From Deltaproteobacteria bacterium (lineage in GTDB: Bacteria; Myxococcota; Kuafuiibacteriia; Kuafuiibacteriales; Kuafuiibacteriaceae), in the NCBI GenBank assembly GCA_016713425.1, contig JADJPE010000005.1, forward strand, positions 5,437,532 to 5,501,531: DNA of 64,000 nt. The letters run 5' to 3'. Under the pieces are notes generated by a model. It saw only the letters and a list, made by a program, of their open reading frames with translations. It searched no databases and was not told the DNA's origin. The position numbers and the translations under genes are program-made. Positions 28,898 to 38,180 of this stretch are shown here, in pieces (the stretch's first letter is position 1; each line of letters begins with the position of its first letter).

Positions 28898-30076
28898 ATG
28901 ACATGCGCCGATGGGAATGCACTGGGTCTAGCGCTGCTGCACGAACTGGAAGACGCCCTTCGCACGATCCTGACCGGACGCTACGCGTACGAGGATCGCA
29001 CGCCGCCCTCCGACCCGGAAGCAGACGAGACGCTCGCCCCCGGTCGACCATCGCGTTTGCCCACGGCTTTGGAATGGATCCGCGACGTCTTTGTCCCGCG
29101 CCAGAGGGCTCAGCTCGACCGAACGCGTTTCGTCGCGCCCGAGCCTTGGGTTTCCGCGATCGTAAGCCGGATCAACCGAACGGACACGTCCGAGTTTCTT
29201 CGACGGTTGGACCGCTATCAAAACTGGCTGATGTGCAACGCGGAGAACCGCGGTTCGGCGAGCCCAGCTGGCGCCGATTCCAACGCCGAATCCGCGTCAG
29301 GGTCCGGGCCCGAGTCGATCCAGCAGCCCACGCCCATCCTCGACGCCCTCGACGCCCTCGACACCCTCGACACCCTCGACACCCTCGACACCCTTGACAT
29401 CCTCGACACCCTCGATGCCATCGAAGCCCTCGAAGCGGAGCTCGCCGCGCTGGGTTGCCATCAGCGGCCGTTGGTACCAGCGTGCCACGAGGAGGCTTCG
29501 CATCTTGGTGTCGAGGATTATGTCGCCGCTGTCGTCCTGCCCGCCGCTCGCGCCCACGCCCACGCTCGCGCCCGCGGCGAAGATCCGCCCTCCGCAAGCG
29601 CGGTCGTGTGCGGTCTCGACGGACTATGCCAGGAGCTATCGCACTTCGAATCGGGGCGGCGTCTCGAAGCATTGCTCCGCACGCTGGCCCACTCGGTCGG
29701 CGCACCGCTGCCCGAAGCCGTACCGAAAGGACCTGCGCACTACGGGATCGTCACATTCTCGCCGGCGTTGGTCGACCGCACCATCCATGAGGTCGTCGTT
29801 GCCCGGCAGAGGACCCTGAAGATCCCCGGCTACGCGCGCGGGAAGGCGCCGTCCGCGGTGGTGCTGGCCGCACACTGGAACGACATTTCCGAAGAGGCAA
29901 CGCGCCGTCTGCTGCTTTGTTTGGGAGGCGAGCAGGTCTTCTTCGCTCTCGAACCGCTTGCGCAAGGGGTTCCGTTTCGGGTCGCCCTCGAGTTGCTCTT
30001 CGACGATCCGCACAAGTTCGAAGCCCGACTCGCAGAGGTCGGTGCCGAAGTCTGCGCGGAGTTCGAAATGATCTGA
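28898..30076 (+). CDS. hypothetical protein with a (D-A/T-L)n repeat, encoded between addB and addA
   Basis: A 392-aa ORF containing DALDALDTLDTLDTLDTLDILDTLDAIEALEAEL, encoded by a 9-bp tandem repeat (ctcgacacc)n at about 29340-29410. No recognisable domain. Confidence 0.45.
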   Translation: MTCADGNALGLALLHELEDALRTILTGRYAYEDRTPPSDPEADETLAPGRPSRLPTALEWIRDVFVPRQRAQLDRTRFVAPEPWVSAIVSRINRTDTSEFLRRLDRYQNWLMCNAENRGSASPAGADSNAESASGSGPESIQQPTPILDALDALDTLDTLDTLDTLDILDTLDAIEALEAELAALGCHQRPLVPACHEEASHLGVEDYVAAVVLPAARAHAHARARGEDPPSASAVVCGLDGLCQELSHFESGRRLEALLRTLAHSVGAPLPEAVPKGPAHYGIVTFSPALVDRTIHEVVVARQRTLKIPGYARGKAPSAVVLAAHWNDISEEATRRLLLCLGGEQVFFALEPLAQGVPFRVALELLFDDPHKFEARLAEVGAEVCAEFEMI

Positions 30077-30156
30077 AGAGCCGAAGCTCGCAGCCTGGGC
30101 GACAAACATCCCGGCCCAAACGCGGCTTGCCAGGGTTCTGCGCTGGACGCCATAAA

Positions 30157-33100
30157 GTGCACGTGCAAAACAACGAATCGCCACCCGACCGCGATCCAGG
30201 CCGGCTCGACGCCGAAGCACGCGCCGCGATTCGGCACCGCCTCGATGAGAGCCTACTGGTCGAGGCTGCAGCCGGCACCGGGAAGACCACCGCCCTCACC
30301 GAGCGCATCGTCGCCCTCATTCGCACCGGCCGGGCCACGGTCGACCAGATCGTCGCTGTCACCTTCACGCGAAGAGCAGCCGGCGAACTCAAGCTGCGTC
30401 TTCGCGAAGCGCTCGACTTGGGCCGACTGACCGCGGACCTCCCCGACGGTGAGCGCGTTCGCCTTGAGACCGCGCTCGCCCGGCTCGAGGAGGCACATAT
30501 CGGCACCATCCACGCCTTCTGCGGTGAAATTCTTAGAGAGCGGCCCATAGAAGCCGGAATCGATCCGCGATTCGAGGAGATCACCGACGGCGCCGACAAT
30601 CCGCTCTTCGCGGAGGCTTTCTCGCGCTGGTTCGAAGCGAAGCTTGCGGCGCCACCACCAGGGCTCGCCCGCATCCTCGCGCGTAAGCCGACAACCTTCG
30701 ACCTCTCGCCGCCGTCCGTTCGCCTTCGTAGCGCAGCCTGGATGCTCGCCGAATGGCGTGACTTTCAGACGCCCTGGCGTCGTCCCGCCTTCGATCGAGT
30801 GGCCATGATCGATGCGCTGACCCACGAAGTCCTCGATGTCGCAGACGACAGTGCAAAGGCCGAATCAACGAAGGACGCGTTGTATGAAGGCCTTCGGGAA
30901 ACGAGGCGTTTCGCGTCTTGGTGGCGGGCGGCATCCGCCGTCACCGCGAACGCGCCGGTCACCGCCCACGCGGCCGTCACCGCCGTGAGCACCGACGCCG
31001 TCACCCCCGCTGAACGCGATCATGCCGACGCCGGGTCGCTCCTCGACGAGCGGGAGGTTCGCCTGTTCGCAGTGCTCTCAGGACTCAAGAAAGAGAAGAA
31101 GAAAGGAACGGGTCGCTACGGTGGACCGGGGACCCGCGAACAGCTCCTCCGCAAGAAGGAGGCCTTGGTCGAGCGCTTGGCCGCATATCAGATCGTCGCC
31201 GAGGCCGAGCTCGCAACGCTGCTTCGAAGCGAGCTCCAAGAGGTCGTGGAGGGCTACGACGCACTGAAACGGGAGGCGGGCAAGCTGGACTTCATGGATT
31301 TGCTGCTCTTCACGCGAGGATTGCTGAAAGGGAACCCGCTCGTTCGCGAACATCTTCAGGCGCGATACACGTACATCTTCGTCGATGAGTTTCAGGACAC
31401 CGACCCTCTGCAAGCGGAGATCCTTCTCCTCCTAGCGGCCGCAGATCCTTCGACCGAAGACTGGCGCGAGACCCACCCGAGAGCCGGGAAACTCTTCTTG
31501 GTCGGGGACCCCAAACAGTCCATCTATCGTTTCCGTCGGGCCGATGTGCTGTTCTACCACGACGTCAAATCGCACCTCGCATCGCGCGGCGTCGTCGTCC
31601 TCGAACTTTCTCGCAGTTTTCGCGCAACGCAGCCGATCCAAGCTGCGCTCAATGCGGCTTTCGCCCCCGAGTTCCTCTATGACGAGGTAAGCGGACAGCC
31701 CGGATACATGCCCATGACCGGCGGTCCGCCCTCAGAGACCGAGACCGCCGCGCCGCCGGCGCTGATCGCGCTTCCGGTGCCGCACCTGCACGGGCGCTAC
31801 GCGGGCATCTTCCGTGGTACCGTCGAACGCGCTCAGCCGGCCGCCATCGCAAGCTTCGTGCGCTGGATGCTGGAGGACAGCCAGTGGCGGATCCGCGATC
31901 TCGTCGAGCCCTCGAAATACCGAGCCATCGCACCGAGCGACGTCGCGATCTTGTTCCGCCGCTACGTTTCCTTTGGCCGGGACATCACCCGCGATTACGC
32001 CCAAGCGCTCGAGAATCAGAAGATCGCGCATGTACTCGTCGGTTCCCGTTCGTTTCATCAACGGGAGGAGGTCTTGGCGTTGCGGGCCGCCGCGACGGCC
32101 ATCGAGTGGCCGGAAGACGAGCTCTCGGTCTTCGCGACACTGAAAGGGCCCTTCTTTTCGATCTCCGACGACCTTCTTTTCCGCCATCGGGCGGGCGGCC
32201 ATCCATTCGACCCCCTCAAGGCCCGGGCGCTTTCGCGACGGTTCTCGGAGGAACTGAACGTATCCCTAGGCGTCAAAGCCCGCGAAAACCTCGAGGCACA
32301 CGAAGACCTCGGAGGACACGAAGACCTCGCGCCCGTCTGGCGGGCGCTCACCTTGCTCGCGGACCTTCACGACGCGCGGAACGACCGTCCCGTCGCCGAC
32401 GTGCTTAGCCAGCTCCTGTCGGCGACGCGCGCCCACGCGGGCTTTGCGCTTAGGCAGACGGGTCACCTCGTGCTCGCCAACATCCAACATGTCATCGACC
32501 GCGCGCGAGCCTTCGAGATGCAGGGAGGGCTCTCATTTCGCGGCTTCGTAGATCGTCTCGCCGCCGAAAGTGAGAGCACATCGTCGGCCGACGCGAGCCA
32601 CGTTGAGGAGCAAGCGGAAGGCGTCCGAATCATGACCGTGCACGCCGCGAAGGGCCTAGAGTTTCCGGTCGTCATCCTGGCCGACCTCACGAACCCGATC
32701 GCGCACGAGGTTCCGGATCGTTTCATCGACCCCAAGCGCCAGCTTTGGGCGGCCCGCATCCTCCAGTGCGCGCCGATCGACCTCTTGGAGCATGCCGCCG
32801 AAGAACGGCGACGCGATGAGGCTGAGGGCATCCGTCTCGCGTATGTCGCCGCAACTCGAGCGCGCGACGTGCTGGTCGTGCCTGGAATCGGCGAAGGCCC
32901 ACGCGGCCTGTTCTGGGAGAGCGACAAGCGAAGCTGGCTCGCCCCGCTCGATCGCGCGATTTACCCGCCGACCAGCGCATTCAGCGCCGCATCCCCCTCG
33001 CCGAAGTGCCCGCCGTTCGGGCGCAACACAGTGCTCAGCGTACCGGAGAGCGGACACCCATCGCCCCAGATCCGACCCGGCGTCCACGCGATCGAATCCG

Positions 33101-33807
33101 GGGACGTCGTCTGGTGGGACGCGGCGCTCATCGCCGATGTCCCGGCCCCAACCGCCGGTCTTCACGACGAGTCGTTTCTGGCCAAGAACCCGCCCCATGC
33201 GGACCGAGCGGCGCTTTCGGTCACGCGCTATCAGGCGTGGCAATCGGATCGGACGTTGGCGCTCGAGCAAGGAGGGCGCCTGTCGAAATCCGTTCTCTCA
33301 CCGAGCGAGACGGACGTCGACCCACCCTCGCCCTTCAAATCCTCCATCGAGGTTATCCGGCTCCCGGGCGCAGCCGCCGAAGGACGTCGTTTCGGCACCC
33401 TCGTTCACGCGATCGCTCGCGACGCCGCGTTCGATGAAGAGGCGTCCATGGTTCTGGCCCTCGCCGAACACCACGGTCGAACCCTGGGTGCAAGCCGCGC
33501 TGAGGTCGAGGCGGCGCGCGACACGATCGCACGCCTCCATCGGCACGAGATCATTCGCCGCGCCCACGCGGCTTCGGTCTGTCATCGAGAGCTTCCGGTG
33601 CTCGTCACGACCGAGGACGATGAGGTCGTCGACGGCGCGGTCGATCTCGTCTTCGAGGAAGGCGCGTTATCGATCGTGGTCGACTTCAAGACCGGCCGCT
33701 TCGATGCGGAACGCGAAGAGAAGAGCCGACGGCAGCTCGCCTGGTACTGCTACGCCCTCGAGCGGACGACTGCTCGCCCTGCGCGGGGCATCATTCTCGT
33801 CCTGTAG
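30157..33807 (+). CDS. addA: AddA-type ATP-dependent helicase/nuclease (UvrD-like helicase with a C-terminal PD-(D/E)XK nuclease)
   Basis: Walker A (AAAGTGKT) and UvrD motifs (VTFTRRAAGELK; DEFQDTDPLQ) are present. The C-terminal nuclease motif is (G)AVDLVFEE...VVDFKTG. Likely GTG start at 30157 or 30163 (in frame with ORF 29917..33807). Confidence 0.85.
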   Translation: MHVQNNESPPDRDPGRLDAEARAAIRHRLDESLLVEAAAGTGKTTALTERIVALIRTGRATVDQIVAVTFTRRAAGELKLRLREALDLGRLTADLPDGERVRLETALARLEEAHIGTIHAFCGEILRERPIEAGIDPRFEEITDGADNPLFAEAFSRWFEAKLAAPPPGLARILARKPTTFDLSPPSVRLRSAAWMLAEWRDFQTPWRRPAFDRVAMIDALTHEVLDVADDSAKAESTKDALYEGLRETRRFASWWRAASAVTANAPVTAHAAVTAVSTDAVTPAERDHADAGSLLDEREVRLFAVLSGLKKEKKKGTGRYGGPGTREQLLRKKEALVERLAAYQIVAEAELATLLRSELQEVVEGYDALKREAGKLDFMDLLLFTRGLLKGNPLVREHLQARYTYIFVDEFQDTDPLQAEILLLLAAADPSTEDWRETHPRAGKLFLVGDPKQSIYRFRRADVLFYHDVKSHLASRGVVVLELSRSFRATQPIQAALNAAFAPEFLYDEVSGQPGYMPMTGGPPSETETAAPPALIALPVPHLHGRYAGIFRGTVERAQPAAIASFVRWMLEDSQWRIRDLVEPSKYRAIAPSDVAILFRRYVSFGRDITRDYAQALENQKIAHVLVGSRSFHQREEVLALRAAATAIEWPEDELSVFATLKGPFFSISDDLLFRHRAGGHPFDPLKARALSRRFSEELNVSLGVKARENLEAHEDLGGHEDLAPVWRALTLLADLHDARNDRPVADVLSQLLSATRAHAGFALRQTGHLVLANIQHVIDRARAFEMQGGLSFRGFVDRLAAESESTSSADASHVEEQAEGVRIMTVHAAKGLEFPVVILADLTNPIAHEVPDRFIDPKRQLWAARILQCAPIDLLEHAAEERRRDEAEGIRLAYVAATRARDVLVVPGIGEGPRGLFWESDKRSWLAPLDRAIYPPTSAFSAASPSPKCPPFGRNTVLSVPESGHPSPQIRPGVHAIESGDVVWWDAALIADVPAPTAGLHDESFLAKNPPHADRAALSVTRYQAWQSDRTLALEQGGRLSKSVLSPSETDVDPPSPFKSSIEVIRLPGAAAEGRRFGTLVHAIARDAAFDEEASMVLALAEHHGRTLGASRAEVEAARDTIARLHRHEIIRRAHAASVCHRELPVLVTTEDDEVVDGAVDLVFEEGALSIVVDFKTGRFDAEREEKSRRQLAWYCYALERTTARPARGIILVL

Positions 33808-33809
33808 CT

Positions 33810-33865
33810 CTCGTCTTATAGGTCTTGTCTTATAGATCTCGTCTTATAGATCGCGTCTTGCGAAC
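33810..33865. repeat. about 14-bp tandem repeat (CTCGTCTTATAGAT x3-4), AT-rich for this genome, immediately after the addA stop
   Basis: Read directly: ctcgtcttataggt cttgtcttatagat ctcgtcttatagat cgcgtcttgcgaac. It lies in the convergent gap between addA and the SDR gene. Confidence 0.6.
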
Positions 33866-33882
33866 GGCGAGCGAGGTCTTGA

Positions 33883-34659
33883 TCACATGGAGAGGCCACC
33901 ATCAACATCGATCGTCCGACCGGTGAAATAGTCACAGGCGATAATGAACCTCACGGCTTCCCAGATGTCTTCCGGCAAGCCCACTCGACCGACGGGAACC
34001 ATATTCACGAGCGCGTCACGCGCCTTCTGATTCATGCCTTGGATCATCGGCGTCTCGATCATGCCGGGCGCAACCGCTCCGACGCGAATGCCGAAACGCG
34101 CAAACTCGAGCGCCCACGTTCGGGTATTGGCCGCAATCGCAGCCTTCGTCGCCGCGTAGCTCGTCTGACCTCGATTCCCGTACCGCGCGATCGACGACAT
34201 GTTCACGATGACGCCTTTTTGGTCGGTCGCGATCATCTTCGCCACGGTCTCTCGGACCATGAAGGTCGCGCCCGTCAGGTTGACGGCAAGCGTGGCATGC
34301 CAGGCCGCCTCGTCGAGCGTTACCACTTCGCCTGTCTCTCGATCTTTTCGAACCATCAGACCGTCGCGCAAGATACCTGCGTTATTGATGAGCCCCGTCA
34401 AGCCGCCCATCGCTTCCGAGGCCCAATCAACGAATGCTTTGAGATCCGAGATCTTCGAGACGTCGAGCGGCCGGCTGAAGACCTGACCGGGCAGCCCGCG
34501 GCACGATTCCTTGACGGCCTCGAGACCTTCGGGCTGAACGTCTCCGACCGCCACGGACGCGCCGGATTCCGCAAGACGCTGGACGAAATGGCGGCCCATG
34601 CCCTGGGCACCACCCGTGACGATCAGCCTCATATTCTCGAGCTTCATGAGAGGACTCAT
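33883..34659 (-). CDS. SDR family oxidoreductase (FabG-like 3-oxoacyl reductase)
   Basis: TGGAQGMG cofactor motif, NNAG, and the catalytic S...YxxxK (SSIARYGNRGQTSYAATKAA). The ORF extends to 34776 through an (EEKGL)4 repeat, but the Met at 34659 or 34647 just before the Rossmann fold is the more plausible start. Confidence 0.85.
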   Translation of the reverse strand: MSPLMKLENMRLIVTGGAQGMGRHFVQRLAESGASVAVGDVQPEGLEAVKESCRGLPGQVFSRPLDVSKISDLKAFVDWASEAMGGLTGLINNAGILRDGLMVRKDRETGEVVTLDEAAWHATLAVNLTGATFMVRETVAKMIATDQKGVIVNMSSIARYGNRGQTSYAATKAAIAANTRTWALEFARFGIRVGAVAPGMIETPMIQGMNQKARDALVNMVPVGRVGLPEDIWEAVRFIIACDYFTGRTIDVDGGLSM

Positions 34660-34684
34660 AGCGCCCGAGCCGCGCCAAGGCCAG

Positions 34685-34744
34685 CCCTTCTCTTCAAGAC
34701 CCTTCTCTTCAAGACCCTTCTCTTCAAGACCCTTCTCTTCGAGA
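34685..34744. repeat. 15-bp tandem repeat x4 (CCCTTCTCTTCAAGA) in the divergent region between the SDR gene and plsC
   Basis: Four near-perfect copies are visible. It encodes EEKGL repeats only if the upstream alternative SDR start is used. Confidence 0.6.
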
Positions 34745-34790
34745 TCGTTCCCCGCGGAACCTTCTCTTCGCGACACCTCTTTGACTGTGC

Positions 34791-35558
34791 GTGCTCAAGT
34801 GCGATAGGCGGGCCGTCGTGTGGTCAACCGTCGTGAAGCTCACCGCCGGCATGCTGTTCCTCGGAGTCATGATGACGGTTGGGTTGGTGCTGCTCCTCGT
34901 GCTCTTGCCTTCTCGAGTGGCGCGCATCCGGCTCACCAATGCTTTTGGGCACGTGGTTGGCCGCGGCATCATGTGGATCTCGCGGTGCCCGATCGTCGTC
35001 GAGGGCCTTGAGAACCTTCCGCCCGGCCGCCCGGTGATCTTCTGCGGCAACCATACGTCCATCTTCGATGCCTTCACGTCCATCTGGCTGACCCCGCTCG
35101 GCACGGTCGGCGTCGCCAAGAGGCAGATCCTCTACTACCCATTCTATGGGGTCATCTTCTGGCTGGCGGGTCACGTTCTCGTCGATCGAGGGCGCACGGA
35201 GCGAGCGAAGCGAGATCTCGAGGACATCAGCCGCTTTCTGCTGCGACATCGGCTTCACATCTTCATGTGGCCGGAAGGGACGCGCGCGGCAGACGGTCGA
35301 CTCAGACCTTTCAAGAAAGGGATAGGCCATCTCGCGCTCAACACCCGGAACCCGATCATGCCCATGGTCACGGTGGGGGCGCATCAAGCCTGGGTGAAGT
35401 CGGGGCTTAGGCTCAGCAAGGTTCCCATCTCGATTCGCTTCCTGCCGCCGATCGAAACCTCATCGTGGGCCCTCGAAACGCTCGACGCACACCTCGAAGC
35501 CCTGCATCAAACGTTTCGCGCCGCGCTTCCGGCCGAGCAACGGCCGGTTTCCACCTGA
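34791..35558 (+). CDS. plsC: 1-acyl-sn-glycerol-3-phosphate acyltransferase (LPLAT family)
   Basis: The HX4D motif (NHTSIFD) and PEGTR motif are present, together with an N-terminal TM anchor. Confidence 0.85.
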   Translation: MLKCDRRAVVWSTVVKLTAGMLFLGVMMTVGLVLLLVLLPSRVARIRLTNAFGHVVGRGIMWISRCPIVVEGLENLPPGRPVIFCGNHTSIFDAFTSIWLTPLGTVGVAKRQILYYPFYGVIFWLAGHVLVDRGRTERAKRDLEDISRFLLRHRLHIFMWPEGTRAADGRLRPFKKGIGHLALNTRNPIMPMVTVGAHQAWVKSGLRLSKVPISIRFLPPIETSSWALETLDAHLEALHQTFRAALPAEQRPVST

Positions 35559-35600
35559 CCCTGACCCTGACCCTGAGCCTGAGCCTGACTCTGACGCCTC
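35554..35600. repeat. hexanucleotide repeat (CCTGAC/CCTGAG) of about 8 units that exactly fills the convergent gap between plsC and lgt
   Basis: Read directly from the sequence. Confidence 0.6.
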
Positions 35601-36693
35601 AACCCTGAGGCGAAAGCATAACTTCGACCGCCTCAGCCGCCGAACGAAGCGGGCGTCGGCGGCGAAGTCTCGCGTATGCGAAGATCCCAATCGGGATGAG
35701 GAAAAGGGCGACCGTCTGGGTCGTGGAGAGGATCAACGGGTCGTCGGTCGGATATCGGAACGCGAACTGCCGCTCCGGGTCGCCCCGCACCAGTTCAACC
35801 AGGAACCGGCCGAACGGATAGAGGACGAGATACGCGGCCGTTACCATGCCCGGTACCGTCTCGCGCTGGCGGTGAAGCCAAAGCAGCGTGAACCCGACGG
35901 CGAAACACATGACGACGGAGTAGAGCTGCGTCGGATGCACATGAGGCGTCCACGCGTCGGGCGCGATGCGGCCCTCGGTGGCGAAAACGAACTGCGCGAT
36001 GCTTCCGGGCGGGAACGATACCCCCACCGAGGCACTCGTCTCCCGCCCGTAACAGCATCCCGCCAAGAAGCAACCGATTCGACCGATGCCGTGGCTCAGC
36101 GCGACGCCAAGGACCAGGGCATCGAGCGACCCAAGCCCAAGCCCTCGTCGTCGCAGGTACAGCATCGTGAACACGAGCGCCGCGATCGCCCCACCGATGA
36201 ACGCCATACCGCCATCCCAGAAGGTAAGCGCCGCGAGCGGCGTCGCTTCGTAGTCGCTCCAGTTGACGACGACGTGAAGAAGGCGCGCACCGATCGCGGC
36301 CGCCAATCCGCCGTAGATCCAAATCGACAAGATCTGATCACTCGTCAGCCCTGCCCGCACGCCGAAGTGACGCTGCACGAGAAAGCAGACCATCATCCCG
36401 AGCACAACCATCAACCCCCACGATCTAAGGGGGATCGCAAAGTTCTCAGGCAGCCGGGCGGGCGTGATGAACGCCGATATGAGCACGAAGCTGACAGCCA
36501 CGAAACCGACGCCCATCACGAGCGCACGCCCGAGGTACGCGCGCCCGTGCTCGCGGCAGCCGTCGAAGACGATGAAGCCTCCGAGCAAGACGCTCACGAC
36601 GTACGCCACGAGGCGGAGCGTCTCTGGAGTGGAGGTCAGGGTAAGAAATGTCGGAAACACAGGCGAGCCGAAGCTAGCGCGCTCGGTCGCCAT
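35599..36693 (-). CDS. lgt: prolipoprotein diacylglyceryl transferase
   Basis: The Lgt signature (GRIGCFLAGCCYG) is present in a multi-TM protein of 364 aa. Confidence 0.9.
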   Translation of the reverse strand: MATERASFGSPVFPTFLTLTSTPETLRLVAYVVSVLLGGFIVFDGCREHGRAYLGRALVMGVGFVAVSFVLISAFITPARLPENFAIPLRSWGLMVVLGMMVCFLVQRHFGVRAGLTSDQILSIWIYGGLAAAIGARLLHVVVNWSDYEATPLAALTFWDGGMAFIGGAIAALVFTMLYLRRRGLGLGSLDALVLGVALSHGIGRIGCFLAGCCYGRETSASVGVSFPPGSIAQFVFATEGRIAPDAWTPHVHPTQLYSVVMCFAVGFTLLWLHRQRETVPGMVTAAYLVLYPFGRFLVELVRGDPERQFAFRYPTDDPLILSTTQTVALFLIPIGIFAYARLRRRRPLRSAAEAVEVMLSPQG

Positions 36694-36927
36694 CGTGAAG
36701 GGCGAAAGATCCGATCTGAGATGTCCGTCCCGCTCTCGGTTCTCGGTCTCGATCTCGGTCTCGATCTCGGCGTGAGCCGTTCATGGCGCATCGGCCGCGG
36801 CGAGCCCACCTTAAGGGCGCCGACCGTCCAGAGCCCATCCCGGTCTGGCGTGGGCGAGCGTGTGGTGCGAGGCCCCCCCGGCCCACGAATTGATTCGCCC
36901 CGACCGCTTGGGCATCATGGCGTCGAC

Positions 36928-37560
36928 ATGATCGCCCTCGCGTGGAACCTTTTCATCGACGAGTCCATCGCTTCACGAGCGATGCGCGGCTTTCGTCGCC
37001 CTGCTGTCCCTCGGCCGCTCCGCGTTGTGAGCCCCGTGGGTCTCCTCGGTCTCCTCGGTCTCCTCGGCCTCGGGGGGGGCGCGACCGGGTGCGAACAGGT
37101 GCCGAAGGAGGCCGCGCCGGTCGAGTCGGGCGACACGTTTAGATACGCGTTCGTCGTCAGCGCAGGCCCCTCATCGAGCCAGTATTTCGCGACGGTCAAC
37201 TTGACCGTCGAGGGTCCGAACGCTATCCGGCTCGACTCTGACCCCCCGCTCGGCCAGGACCCGGTCGTCGCGAACAAGGCCTTATCGGCGCGACGCCTCA
37301 TTCCCATGCATTCGCTCGGCATGTTGTGGCTTCCTACGCAACAGCGACACATCGGCGCACCGACCGATGTGGGCACAGTGCAAAGGGAGCGCGCGTTCGG
37401 CGGCTACGCGACCTACGTCATTCCGCAACCCGGGCAACTCACCAACGAACGGTACTACGACCAAGCAACGGGCTTCTTGGTCGGCTACCAAGTCAATGCA
37501 CCATCGGGTCCAACGACGTGCACACTGCTCGAGAGCTCGATCGAAGGCCTCTCGCGCTGA
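36928..37560 (+). CDS. putative lipoprotein (hypothetical)
   Basis: Signal peptide with a (GLL)n hydrophobic core and a lipobox-like GGATGC. Possible starts are 36928 or the later Met MRGFRRP at about 36988. The N-terminal 1 kb of the track ORF 35872..37560 is antisense to lgt and was rejected. Confidence 0.45.
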   Translation: MIALAWNLFIDESIASRAMRGFRRPAVPRPLRVVSPVGLLGLLGLLGLGGGATGCEQVPKEAAPVESGDTFRYAFVVSAGPSSSQYFATVNLTVEGPNAIRLDSDPPLGQDPVVANKALSARRLIPMHSLGMLWLPTQQRHIGAPTDVGTVQRERAFGGYATYVIPQPGQLTNERYYDQATGFLVGYQVNAPSGPTTCTLLESSIEGLSR

Positions 37561-37663
37561 TTCCGACCGCAGGCCGCGAGCGCCAAGAACCTCGATTTCG
37601 GGTGGCGGACCGCGCGAAAAGCGCGTAGCACTGGAGCCGAACGCTGACCAACCAGGGGTCGAG

Positions 37664-37990
37664 ATGAGCAAAAAGATCGATAAAAAGACGGACAAGAAAA
37701 ACGGGGCCAAGAGGAAGCAGAGCGGGGCCGAGCCAGCAGGCTCAGCCCCTCGGGCGACCAAGGTTTTCACCTTCGCGGTCACCGACGAACGCGAAGCCCA
37801 CGTCCTGATCAGGGCGCGAACCAAGCGCGAAGCCGAGGATTTCCTTGCGGACCATCAGAACGAGATCGACTGGGAGTCTCTGCGTTGGGTGCCAAAAGGC
37901 TTGGAATTCCGCCGGGAAAAAGACGAAGCATTCGACGCCGAGACCTATGGCGGCGTGATCCACCTCGACGCCAACGCTCCGGCCGAGTAA
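37664..37990 (+). CDS. small hypothetical protein (108 aa, Lys-rich N-terminus)
   Basis: The ATG at 37664 gives MSKKIDKKTDKK.... The composition is coding-like and no domain is recognised. Confidence 0.35.
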   Translation: MSKKIDKKTDKKNGAKRKQSGAEPAGSAPRATKVFTFAVTDEREAHVLIRARTKREAEDFLADHQNEIDWESLRWVPKGLEFRREKDEAFDAETYGGVIHLDANAPAE

Positions 37991-38180
37991 GGCTGCCCCG
38001 AAAACACCGCGCGCGAGACCGCATCCGCATTTCGACACCGAACAGTCACAAGGCTGCTCTCCGAGAGTCACAAGGCCGTCTCCGCGAGTCACAAGGCTGC
38101 TCCCCGCGCGCCGTGGTTCACGCCTGAACCCGAATGCTCCAGAGCAAGAGATCGGTTGATTTCCCTGGGTCAAGGACCCT

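Noticed and set aside
35872-36927. 5' two-thirds of the 562-aa plus-strand ORF 35872..37560
   Set aside because: It is antisense to lgt, which carries the unmistakable GCFLAGCCYG signature. Only the 3' part from about 36928 was kept, as a putative lipoprotein.
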